Shown: piece by piece, positions 39,023 through 51,909 of the stretch | How positions within the stretch are numbered: the stretch's first letter is position 1 | How the letters are laid out: every line of letters begins with the position of its first letter | Source: Nemertoderma westbladi | Taxonomy: Eukaryota; Animalia; Xenacoelomorpha | Assembly: GCA_032718475.1 (NCBI GenBank) | Contig: JAUCBJ010002206.1 | Span: forward strand, 1-58,900 | Direction: 5' to 3' | DNA: 58,900 nucleotides | Program-made: the position numbers and the translations under genes | The notes under the pieces: generated by a model | The model's input: only the letters and a program-made list of their open reading frames with translations | What the model was told of the DNA's origin: nothing | Database searches by the model: none

Positions 39023-40919
39023 AATTAATCTTTAAATTAATCTAATAAATCAACAACTAAAGCCCGGTTTCCATGATTTAACATAGCTACAGTACTATAG
39101 CTATAGTACTATATACTAATACTAGCTATAGTAATACTACAGCTGCAATAGTATTATACTAATTAATACTACAATAGTAATACTAACAGTTGGCCATGTC
39201 TCACAGCTACCTCCTACTGTATTTCAGATACTCTCATCCCGGTTTCACAACACTACTGCCGCTAAATGTGGAATGCCACAGTACTGGTTCTGCTGCTGCA
39301 AAACCTACAAAATCTATATATATAATTATATCAATCAAGAGATTAAATAATATTTTTATAATCTGAGGCGAATCGGAGCAGCACTTAGGCTGCTTAGCGA
39401 TAGTCCAGGAATTATAAAAATAATGGAAATAAAAACCAATACGAAAAAAAGGCAATTAAAAACTGGTATTGAAGAAAAAGATAATAAAAACCAGTAAGAA
39501 AAAGGCAAGTAAATCATGGTGATTAAAAAGAAAAGTCAAAACTTTTATAGGTAATGAAGAAAAATTGAATAGTAAAAACCAGGTAAAAAAAAGGCATTTA
39601 AAAACTGGTGATAAAATAAGAATGTAAAAACGAATAATAAAGAAATGGGAAGAAAACCAGTAAGAAAAAACGGCAAGTAAAGTAAAGTAAAAACTGATAG
39701 ATTGCACATTTCCCCTGCACAACCACATGATACCCCCTTGGTTTGGCCGCTGGTTCCTATTGATACTTTGGCCTTTCTATCTAAATCATGTACCGGTACT
39801 TCACACATTCATTTAAGTCTCTTTGGGTTGTGAAATGTGAACTCATAACTCAGTTCTACCCAGTAGTTACTGGTATGATTCACAACTCGTATCTTGTAGT
39901 TTAATTAGTTTAATTTAATTAGTTAGTTTAATTTTAATAGCGCTCATAGTACTTTCACACCTCTCATACTGTACTGATGTTACTCTTATTCCACTGTGCC
40001 ACTGTTTTAGTAGCATTCTTATACGTAGGCCTTATACGTAGGCCTTTCGTAGGTCAGGTTGACCTGAATTAATTAGTCTGTTGAATGTGTCAGTTTGTGT
40101 TTAACCCCTGTTTTTAGATCCCCCATCACCTCTGTCAGTAACGTCTTGGCTGTCAGGTTCCTATCTACTAGTGTAAAGTTCGGTGTGTCAGTGAGGAATG
40201 ACAAAGTATCCAAACTAAAGTCTCTAACATAGTGTTGTCAGTCAGTATTAAGTTCAGTAAAAGGCGTCATTAGGATGAGCCAATGGCAAACTGTAATTGT
40301 GGTATTGGTGCCACCCCTGTCCCGTGTCATGCAATTTTGCCATTGGATCAGCGACTCGTCACATGGTACAATCGTCGCCCCCCACATGCAGTCCTATACG
40401 TCCTCTGTATAATACCGTGGTGTCCGTGGCAATGTCATTTGCTCCACAAATTCCAGACCTAGAAAGGCGTGGTTGGAAAGGGATCGAGCAATATTGGATC
40501 TGATCTCTAGAACAAGAGTCTCCGAGTGTTTAACAGCTGTGAAGAGTCCGTGGTTTAGTGTGGCTTATAACTTGCCTTGGCTAATGGCGGATAGATCGAT
40601 GTCGACAGGTCTGCCCCCATCTCTGTCTCACCCAAAACCCCACCCCAGCCCCCACCCTCATGTCTCACCCCCACCTCCCACCCCACACCCTCACGCTCTG
40701 CCCCCCACTTACCAATCCCACCCATCCACTCTGTTCTAATCTAACCATCAATTAAATCTGTCTATTCTGGTACTCAACCGGCCTCTCTCAACCCATGCCC
40801 CCAACCCCTTGTCCCTCATGCCCCCCCCCCCCCCCCGCCCTCCACCCCCCAACGCCTACCCCCACACTCCACCCCACCCCATCCCCCACCCCATGCCCCA
40901 CCCGCCACCCCAACCTGGC

Positions 40920-41430
40920 ACCCCCACAACCCACATCCCACCCTCCCCACCCCCCACATACACAGACCCACACTCCCACACACGGTTTTCTGCGGTAAGT
41001 TGTCTGCTATTTTCATTATTTGATTGTGTGGCCCTTATTTAAAAGAGCCACTCAGAAATAGGAATTACTGTGGACACTAACCACAGCAAGTAGATTGGCC
41101 CTTAAAAGGGCCGTTTGGGTTGTTAGGACTTAATGTGGGCGCTACACCACAGCAGGTAGAGCATGCTGGATAGTGCAATCCCCACCCCCCACAACCCACA
41201 TCCCACCCTCCCCACCCCCCACATACACAGACCCACACTCCCACACACGGTTTTCTGCGGTAAGTTGTCTGCTATTTTCATTATTTGATTGTGTGGCCCT
41301 TATTTAAAAGAGCCACTCAGAAATAGGAATTACTGTGGACACTAACCACAGCAAGTAGATTGGCCCTTAAAAGGGCCGTTTGGGTTGTTAGGACTTAATG
41401 TGGGCGCTACACCACAGCAGGTAGAGCATA
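40920..41430. repeat. Direct duplication of about 245 bp
   Basis: CCCCCACAACCCACATCC...GCAGGTAGAGCAT occurs at about 40921-41164 and about 41185-41429. Confidence 0.9.
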
Positions 41431-41870
41431 CTAGTGCAATGCAACTTGCTCTGTCCGACATCACTAAGGTGTATGTCATCAGAGTGAAGCAAGGCTCCTC
41501 CCTGCAGCCGATGGCATAGAGCACCTTTCATGGCTATGATGCGGTCGTATTGGTTTTACCTCAGCCACGCCGCCATCCTGCTGTTTGTAGCCACACGCCA
41601 CGAATCAAAATCGGGGTCCACAGGTATTCTCTTCAGGCGCTTTGACCGCGGGACGATTTGTGCCCATAAATCAGAGGAGGCCTCATTGGGTGAATATTCT
41701 GTAATCATTGCCTTCAATTTGGTGACAACATAATCTGTCTCTCTCACACACAGATCGTTGCCTCCAAACATTATAACAATGATACAGGGTTTCTTCTCCC
41801 AATGTTTACTCCACTGGCTCCCCCACACAAAATTGTTGGCAGCAGTCATCCCACTCCATACCACATCCCA
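41430..41870 (-). pseudogene. SGNH/GDSL hydrolase pseudogene
   Basis: CIIVIMFGGNDL (block III), LWAQIVPR and, past the stop at 41556 in the same frame, LLHSDDIHLSDVGQ (block V DxxH). Similar to the copy at 2829-3197. Confidence 0.82.
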
Positions 41871-44800
41871 AAAAAATAGCAAGTGAATGGTCATCAATTA
41901 TTGTCAAACTTTCACTAATAAATAATTCGATTATGTTTGCATAAAAAACAGACATTAAGAAAATTTGGTTAGTATAATTATAAGTAGCTCAATGATGGTT
42001 CATTCACGTAAAATTCCTGAAGAGATTGATCACTTTAAAATTGCCAACCCTACCCAGCTGCAATACGATGGACAACAAGGTAGATGAGATAAATGATATA
42101 AAATTGAGATAAATTATTATATAGAAACAAAATGTTCCAGAACTATATATGTATATTTATTTAATAGAATAATTTAATTATCACAACTACATTTAAAAAT
42201 AAATGTATATAATTGTGTTAATTCTAATCATAACTGCAAATGTAACTTGGGGCAATATAAATATCACATTAAAAATCCTGACACGACCAAATGTATCTCA
42301 TTAAGATTTGTAAAAGAAAATTATAGGGATGAGAGGGTTTCCAAAAGAATTACTTTTCAGTAGCAGTTAGAAACATGAATTAATATAATATAATAGTAAT
42401 AATAATCATAAAATATGTAGTTAATTTCTTCAAACTTACTTCTATATAAATTGAAGTGATAAAGTTTGTCCTTCTTTATGATGGATGTTGTTATATGGAA
42501 CCTGGCAGGTTCTACCTGCTCCGTAGCTGCATCTATTACAGCAGACTGAGCCCATCCAGATATCACCCAACCACCGCGATATCTTTTCAGTTCGTTACGG
42601 ATGTGATTCCGTGCCTAATCATTAGTGACGGATTGATTGTGTCTGAGGCTATAAATAATTATTTATACACTAAATAACTAAATAATTTGGTACTAGGATG
42701 TTGTCAAAGATCTGATGGTGCGAATAAGCAGACTAATGGAAATAATCACGTTACTGTGGCAGGTTATTACAACCAAAACAATTAAATAAGTCAATATCAG
42801 GGGTTTCAGTTTATATGTATATTAATGACAAAAGATGAAACAAAGCTCTTAATAGCGTGGTAAAAGTCAGCACTTCTACAAAATACCCTATATTTCGGGC
42901 ACACAACTTATAGTGTAATAAAATGCGTTAACTAACATAACATAAGGCTTCATTATAGGTATCTGTACGCACTGATATGGGATTTGCGTCCAGTTTCTCA
43001 CCCTCTCCATATCTCGACGAGATACTAAAATATATGCCCGAGACCAATCTGTGATTGTGTATATATTTACTTTGGAGTTAATGTTAATCTTTATTTGATA
43101 GATATACCAAATCTGTTACTTGAAGTACATCTTTAGGGAAGAATAACATCGGAAATTCAGTGTTCGAAAACATGTGTGGTATAATAATGTTATCCTCCTT
43201 ATCAATTATCATCTTGTCCCATTTAGGTCGAAACGAGACTACCCACTCCTTGTGAACTGTGCGAAAGCATGGGCATGGTTGAACTCTAACCAGCCCATTG
43301 CCCCCTTGCTGGCGCAAACATAATCCATAGAAATCTGTATCAAAAATATATTTATATTATATGGAGAAAATATTTCGGCGAATGATTTAATAAATCCAAA
43401 ACATTTTCACAATGTTGTGCATGCTACAAAAACCTTGAATAATGCAACTCAACTCAAAGTTGGTTATGTTCTTCGGAAATTGGATAATTTAATCAGGTGT
43501 GAAGCCATTAAATCGCAGAATGCAGAAATTCAAGCACTGGTAAACAACTTCATGTGACTGTACAAGTGGCATGTCAAAATCTCATCTTCTTCTTTGTATA
43601 GAATGAAGAAATCCCATTTTAATAAAGTTGATGACCTTACAGAGGATATCCTTTCATTACACAATTATACTAGAGACGGCTTCAAGACGCCGTTAAGCAA
43701 GTCGGAAGTCATCAATCAAATGTAAATTCCATCAACAAGCTGTCATTGGTGTTATTTTACCATTGCGCCTATGGCGTTTTTTCATTAATCTCTATTTTTC
43801 GAGCCCACGGCTCATGGACGAAATAGCGGAACATACCAGGGACCTTAGAATCGCGGTATCTAGCTGCTGTGAAAATTTGATCAAAATCGTTAAGAGTAGT
43901 TTTGGCTGTAGATCAGTCAGTCAGCCAGTCAGTCAGCCAGTCAATCAGCCAACAATTCTTACAGTAATCAAGTTTTCAACCTTCAATTTGGTGACAACAA
44001 AATCTGTCTCTCTCACACACAGATCGTTGCCTCCAAACATTATAACAATGATACAGGGTTTCTTCTCCCAATGTCTACTCCACTGGCTCCCCCTCACAAT
44101 CTGGCCTCCCTGGTGACCCAGGGTTTGGGCCAGAAAGGAAATCAGTAAAGGGACTCACAAAATTGATGGCAGCAGTCATCCCACTCCATACCACATCCCA
44201 AAAAAATAGCAAGTGAATGGTCATCAATTATTGTCAAACTTTCAGTAATAAATAATTCGATTATGTTTGCATAAAAAACAGACATTTAGAAAATTTGGTT
44301 AGTATAATTATAAGTAGCTCAATGATGGTTCATTCACATAAAATTCCTGAAGAGATTGATCACTTTAAAATTGCCATCCCTACCTAGCTGCAATACGATG
44401 GACAACAAGGTAGATGAGATAAATGATATAAAATTGAGATAAATTATTATATAGAAACAAAATGTTCCAGAACTATATATGTGTATTTATTTAATAGAAT
44501 GATTTAATTATCACAACTACATTTAAAAATAAATGTATATAATTGTGTTAATTCTAATCATACCACAAACAGCTTTCAAATAAAAAAACTATTTAGGTAG
44601 AAGAATAACTGCAAATGTAACTTGGGGCAATATAAATATCACATTAAAAATCTTGACACGACCAAATGTATCTCATTAAGATTTGTAAAAGAAAATTATA
44701 GGGATGAGAGGGTTTCCAAAAGAATTACTTTTCAGTAGCAGTTAGAAACATGAATTAATATAATATAATAGTAATAATAATCATAAAATATGTAGTTAAT

Positions 44801-47800
44801 TTCTTCAAACTTACTTCTATATAAATTGAAGTGATAAAGTTTGTCCTTCTTTATGATGGATGTTGTTATATGGAACCTGGCAGGTTCTACCTGCTCCGTA
44901 GCTGCATCTATTACAGCAGACTGAGCCCATCCAGATATCACCCAACCACCGCGATATCTTTTCAGTTCGTTACGGATGTGATTCCGTGCCTAATCATTAG
45001 TGACGGATTGATTGTGTCTGAGGCTATAAATAATTATTTATACACTAAATAACTAAATAATTTGGTACTAGGATGTTGTCAAAGATCTGATGGTGCGAAT
45101 AAGCAGACTAATGGAAATAATCACGTTACTGTGGCAGGTTATTACAACCAAAACAATTAAATAAGTCAATATCAGGGGTTTCAGTTTATATGTATATTAA
45201 TGACAAAAGATGAAACAAAGCTCTTAATAGCGTGGTAAAAGTCAGCACTTCTACAAAATACCCTATATTTCGGGCACACAACTTATAGTGTAATAAAATG
45301 CGTTAACTAACATAACATAAGGCTTCATTATAGGTATCTGTACGCACTGATATGGGATTTGCGTCCAGTTTCTCACCCTCTCCATATCTCGACGAGATAC
45401 TAAAATATATGCCCGAGACCAATCTGTGATTGTGTATATATTTACTTTGGAGTTAATGTTAATCTTTATTTGATAGATATACCAAATCTGTTACTTGAAG
45501 TACATCTTTAGGGAAGAATAACATCGGAAATTCAGTGTTCGAAAACATGTGTGGTATAATAATGTTATCCTCCTTATCAATTATCATCTTGTCCCATTTA
45601 GGTCGAAACGAGACTACCCACTCCTTGTGAACTGTGCGAAAGCATGGGCATGGTTGAACTCTAACCAGCCCATTGCCCCCTTGCTGGCGCAAACATAATC
45701 CATAGAAATCTGTATCAAAAATATATTTATATTATATGGAGAAAATATTTTGGCGAATGATTTAATAAATCCAAAACATTTTCACAATGTTGTGCATGCT
45801 ACAAAAACCTTGAATAATGCAACTCAACTCAAAGTTGGTTATGTTCTTCGGAAATTGGATAATTTAATCAGGTGTGAAGCCATTAAATCGCAGAATGCAG
45901 AAATTCAAGCACTGGTAAACAACTTCATGTGACTGTACAAGTGGCATGTCAAAATCTCATCTTCTTCTTTGTATAGAATGAAGAAATCCCATTTTAATAA
46001 AGTTGATGACCTTACAGAGGATATCCTTTCATTACACAATTATACTAGAGACGGCTTCAAGACGCCGTTAAGCAAGTCGGAAGTCATCAATCAAATGTAA
46101 ATTCCATCAACAAGCTGTCATTGGTGTTATTTTACCATTGCGCCTATGGCGTTTTTTCATTAATCTCTATTTTTCGAGCCCACGGCTCATGGACGAAATA
46201 GCGGAACATACCAGGGACCTTAGAATCGCGGTATCTAGCTGCTGTGAAAATTTGATCAAAATCGTTAAGAGTAGTTTTGGCTGTAGATCAGTCAGTCAGC
46301 CAGTCAGTCAGCCAGTCAATCAGCCAACAATTCTTACAGTAATCAAGTTTTCAACCTTCAATTTGGTGACAACAAAATCTGTCTCTCTCACACACAGATC
46401 GTTGCCTCCAAACATTATAACAATGATACAGGGTTTCTTCTCCCAATGTCTACTCCACTGGCTCCCCCTCACAATCTGGCCTCCCTGGTGACCCAGGGTT
46501 TGGGCCAGAAAGGAAATCAGTAAAGGGACTCACAAAATTGTTGGCAGCAGTCATCCCACTCCATACCACATCCCAAAAAAATAGCAAGTGAATGGTCATC
46601 AATTATTGTCAAACTTTCAGTAATAAATAATTCGATTATGTTTGCATAAAAAACAGACATTAAGAAAATTTGGTTAGTATAATTATAAGTAGCTCAATGA
46701 TGGTTCATTCACGTAAAATTCCTGAAGAGATTGATCACTTTAAAATTGCCATCCCTACCTAGCTGCAATACGATGGACAACAAGGTAGATGAGATAAATG
46801 ATATAAAATTGAGATAAATTATTATATAGAAACAAAATGTTCCAGAACTATATATGTGTATTTATTTAATAGAATGATTTAATTATCACAACTACATTTA
46901 AAAATAAATGTATATAATTGTGTTAATTCTAATCATACCACAAACAGCTTTCAAATAAAAAAACTATTTAGGTAGAAGAATAACTGCAAATGTAACTTGG
47001 GGCAATATAAATATCACATTAAAAATCCTGACACGACCAAATGTATCTCATTAAGATTTGTAAAAGAAAATTATAGGGATGAGAGGGTTTCCAAAAGAAT
47101 TACTTTTCAGTAGCAGTTAGAAACATGAATTAATATAATATAATAGTAATAATAATCATAAAATATGTAGTTAATTTCTTCAAACTTACTTCTATATAAA
47201 TTGAAGTGATAAAGTTTGTCCTTCTTTATGATGGATGTTGTTATATGGAACCTGGCAGGTTCTACCTGCTCCGTAGCTGCATCTATTACAGCAGACTGAG
47301 CCCATCCAGATATCACCCAACCACCGCGATATCTTTTCAGTTCGTTACGGATGTGATTCCGTGCCTAATCATTAGTGACGGATTGATTGTGTCTGAGGCT
47401 ATAAATAATTATTTATACACTAAATAACTAAATAATTTGGTACTAGGATGTTGTCAAAGATCTGATGGTGCGAATAAGCAGACTAATGGAAATAATCACG
47501 TTACTGTGGCAGGTTATTACAACCAAAACAATTAAATAAGTCAATATCAGGGGTTTCAGTTTATATGTATATTAATGACAAAAGATGAAACAAAGCTCTT
47601 AATAGCGTGGTAAAAGTCAGCACTTCTACAAAATACCCTATATTTCGGGCACAAAACTTACAGTGTAATAAAATGCGTTAACTAACATAACATAAGGCTT
47701 CATTATAGGTATCTGTACGCACTGATATGGGATTTGCGTCCAGTTTCTCACCCTCTCCATATCTCGACGAGATACTAAAATATATGCCCGAGACCAATTT

Positions 47801-50327
47801 GTGATTGTGTATATATTTACTTTGGAGTTAATGTTAATCTTTATTTGATAGATATACCAAATCTGTTACTTGAAGTACATCTTTAGGGAAGAATAACATC
47901 GGAAATTCAGTGTTCGAAAACATGTGTGGTATAATAATGTTATCCTCCGTATCAATTATCATCTTGTCCCATTTAGGTCGAAACGAGACTACCCACTCCT
48001 TGTGAACTGTGCGAAAGCATGGGCATGGTTGAACTCTAACCAGCCCATTGCCCCCTTGCTGGCGCAAACATAATCCATAGAAATCTGTATCAAAAATATA
48101 TTTATATTATATGGAGAAAATATTTCGGCGAATGATTTAATAAATCCAAAACATTTTCACAATGTTGTGCATGCTACAAAAACCTTGAATAATGCAACTC
48201 AACTCAAAGTTGGTTATGTTCTTCGGAAATTGGATAATTTAATCAGGTGTGAAGCCATTAAATCGCAGAATGCAGAAATTCAAGCACTGGTAAACAACTT
48301 CATGTGACTGTACAAGTGGCATGTCAAAATCTCATCTTCTTCTTTGTATAGAATGAAGAAATCCCATTTTAATAAAGTTGATGACCTTACAGAGGATATC
48401 CTTTCATTACACAATTATACTAGAGACGGCTTCAAGACGCCGTTAAGCAAGTCGGAAGTCATCAATCAAATGTAAATTCCATCAACAAGCTGTCATTGGT
48501 GTTATTTTACCATTGCGCCTATGACGTTTTTTCATTAATCTCTATTTTTCGAGCCCACGGCTCATGGACGAAATAGCGGAACATACCAGGGACCTTAGAA
48601 TCGCGGTATCTAGCCGCTGTGAAAATTTGATCAAAATCGTTAAGAGTAGTTTTGGCTGTAGATCAGTCAGTCAGCCAGTCAGTCAGCCAGTCAATCAGCC
48701 AACAATTCTTACAGTAATCAAGTTTTCAACCTTCAATTTGGTGACAACAAAATCTGTCTCTCTCACACACAGATCGTTGCCTCCAAACATTATAACAATG
48801 ATACAGGGTTTCTTCTCCCAATGTCTACTCCACTGGCTCCCCCTCACAATCTGGCCTCCCTGGTGACCCAGGGTTTGGGCCAGAAAGGAAATCAGTAAAG
48901 GGACTCACAAAATTGTTGGCAGCAGTCATCCCACTCCATACCACATCCCAAAAAAATAGCAAGTGAATGGTCATCAATTATTGTCAAACTTTCACTAATA
49001 AATAATTCGATTATGTTTGCATAAAAAACAGACATTAAGAAAATTTGGTTAGTATAATTATAAGTAGCTCAATGATGGTTCATTCACGTAAAATTCCTGA
49101 AGAGATTGATCACTTTAAAATTGCCATCCCTACCCAGCTGCAATACGATGGACAACAAGGTAGATGAGATAAATGATATAAAATTGAGATAAATTATTAT
49201 ATAGAAACAAAATGTTCCAGAACTATATATGTGTATTTATTTAATAGAATAATTTAATTATCACAACTACATTTAAAAATAAATGTATATAATTGTGTTA
49301 ATTCTAATCATACCACAAACAGCTTTCAAATAAAAAAACTATTTAGGTAGAAGAATAACTGCAAATGTAACTTGGGGCAATATAAATATCACATTAAAAA
49401 TCCTGACACGACCAAATGTATCTCATTAAGATTTGTAAAAGAAAATTATAGGGATGAGAGGGTTTCCAAAAGAATTACTTTTCAGTAGCAGTTAGAAACA
49501 TGAATTAATATAATATAATAGTAATAATAATCATAAAATATGTAGTTAATTTCTTCAAACTTACTTCTATATAAATTGAAGTGATAAAGTTTGTCCTTCT
49601 TTATGATGGATGTTGTTATATGGAACCTGGCAGGTTCTACCTGCTCCGTAGCTGCATCTATTACAGCAGACTGAGCCCATCCAGATATCACCCAACCACC
49701 GCGATATCTTTTCAGTTCGTTACGGATGTGATTCCGTGCCTAATCATTAGTGACGGATTGATTGTGTCTGAGGCTATAAATAATTATTTATACACTAAAT
49801 AACTAAATAATTTGGTACTAGGATGTTGTCAAAGATCTGATGGTGCGAATAAGCAGACTAATGGAAATAATCACGTTACTGTGGCAGGTTATTACAACCA
49901 AAACAATTAAATAAGTCAATATCAGGGGTTTCAGTTTATATGTATATTAATGACAAAAGATGAAACAAAGCTCTTAATAGCGTGGTAAAAGTCAGCACTT
50001 CTACAAAATACCCTATATTTCGGGCACACAACTTATAGTGTAATAAAATGCGTTAACTAACATAACATAAGGCTTCATTATAGGTATCTGTACGCACTGA
50101 TATGGGATTTGCGTCCAGTTTCTCACCCTCTCCATATCTCGACGAGATACTAAAATATATGCCCGAGACCAATCTGTGATTGTGTATATATTTACTTTGG
50201 AGTTAATGTTAATCTTTATTTGATAGATATACCAAATCTGTTACTTGAAGTACATCTTTAGGGAAGAATAACATCGGAAATTCAGTGTTCGAAAACATGT
50301 GTGGTATAATAATGTTATCCTCCTTAT
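41711..50327. repeat. Tandem array of a 2375-bp unit (about 3.7 copies) carrying SGNH and YR gene fragments
   Basis: Identical ORFs at 42357, 44732, 47107 and 49482. Junctions near 43980, 46355 and 48730. The first unit is about 106 bp shorter, and there are few substitutions between units. Confidence 0.97.
43360..43760 (+). pseudogene. N-terminal (core-binding-region) fragment of a second-family tyrosine recombinase; repeated near 45735 and 48110
   Basis: DLINPKHFHNVVHATKTL...LKVGYVLRKL...CEAI...NNFM*LYKWHVKISS.SL..MKKSHFNK..DLTEDI..LHNY resembles the region preceding the catalytic domain in the family seen at 25555-25790. Confidence 0.6.
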
Positions 50328-50560
50328 TAGGGTTCGATCGGTGCACCGGCACCGGCACCGGTATTGCCGGTGTTTGGCACCACCGGCACCGGCACCTGCA
50401 CCGGCAAAAACATTGCCGGTGCCGGTGTTTTTTAAAATTATTTGCTGCTGTTCAAATTGAAGCCTACTACAGTACCGGTACTGCAGACAGCCTGGCTAAG
50501 CTATCAGTCAGCTACCGGTACAAGGCTATAGCCAGATAGCTGTCTTACTGTCTACCGGTA
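50328..50560 (+). mobile_element. Probable DNA-transposon terminus (hAT-like MITE) truncating the array
   Basis: Abrupt switch to TAGGGTTCGATCGG followed by clustered CACCGG/CCGGTG subterminal repeats. The partner end was not found. Confidence 0.5.
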
Positions 50561-50754
50561 CTGGACTGGTCTAGCAGTCTAGTGATAGTCAGATAGTGGC
50601 TGAGTGGTAGTGTAGTGCAGTAGTTTGTGATTGTGATGATATACGGTACTGTCAGGGCAGGGTCAGCAGTCAGCCTGTATTAGTGTTATATTGTATAATG
50701 TATGAATGAATATAAAAAAAACAATACGATGGGATAATACTGTAATTAATAAGC

Positions 50755-51779
50755 GGACAATTCCGACCCGAACACTTGCGACCCGGAAAATCCAACACCG
50801 ACAATTCCGACCCGAACACTTGCGACCCGGAAAATCCAACACCGACAATTCCGACCCGAACACTTGCGACCCGGAAAATCCAACACCGACAATTCCGACC
50901 CGAGCACTTGTGACCCGGAAAATCCAACACCGACAATTCCGACCCGAACACTTGCGACCCGGAAAATCCAACACCGACAATTCCGACCCGAACACTTGCG
51001 ACCCGGAAAATCCAACACCGACAATTCCAACCCGAACACTTGCGACCCGGAAAATCCAACACCGACAATTCCGACCCGAACACTTGCGACCCGGAAAATC
51101 CAACACCGACAATTCCGACCCGAACACTTGCGACCCGGAAAATCCAACACCGACAATTCCGACCCGAACACTTGCGACCCGGAAAATCCAACACCGACAA
51201 TTCCGACCACCAAACCGACAATTCCGACCCGAACACTTGCAACCCGGAAAATCCAACACCGACAATTCCGACCCGACCACTTGCGACCCGGAAAATCCAA
51301 CACCGACAATTCCGACCCGAACACTTGCGACCCGGAAAATCCAACACCGACAATTCCGACCAGAACACTTGCGACCCGGAAAATCCAACACCGACAATTC
51401 CGACCCGAACACTTGCGACCCGGAAAATCCAACACCGACAATTCCGACCCGAACACTTGCGACCCGGAAAATCCAACACCGACAATTCCGACCACCAAAC
51501 CGACAATTCCGACCCGAACACTTGCGACCCGGAAAATCCAACACCGACAATTCCGACCCAAACACTTACGACCCGGAAAATCCAACACCGACAATTCCGA
51601 CACGACCACTTGCGACCCGGAAAATCCAACACCGACAATTCCGACCCGAACACTTGCGACCCGGAAAATCCATCACCGACAATTCCGACCCGAACACTTG
51701 CGACCCGGAAAATCCAACACCGACAATTGCGGCCCAATTAAGTTTCATGGATATTTTAGTGGGTCGGAATTAGCTGTCC
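50755..51779. repeat. 44-bp minisatellite (about 22 copies) bounded by short inverted ends
   Basis: Unit CGACAATTCCGACCCGAACACTTGCGACCCGGAAAATCCAACAC. The left end GGACAATTCCGACCC is mirrored by GGGTCGGAATTAGCTGTCC at 51761-51779. Confidence 0.9.
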
Positions 51780-51909
51780 TTGTTAATAAGCATTTAGACT
51801 ATTTGTAGTAAATCGTTCTTAATTAAAATTTATCGCTATTTTACATTATGTAATATTCGATATACTGTGCTCGTTTATAAGTTGTTCGCTGCAAGAAGTC
51901 AATAAAATC

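Noticed and set aside
37285-39028. + strand 569-aa and 387-aa ORFs
   Set aside because: They are alternative or antisense readings of the 45-bp repeat, with no independent coding evidence.
40788-41042. Gly-rich and Pro-rich ORFs, and poly-G/C runs across the window
   Set aside because: Low-complexity sequence, and homopolymer lengths may be unreliable.
42357-43317. Short ORFs repeated in each 2375-bp unit
   Set aside because: Their identity reflects the recent duplication, and they have no recognisable motifs.
50663-51808. Six long overlapping ORFs
   Set aside because: They arise from a stop-free 44-bp repeat that cycles through all frames.
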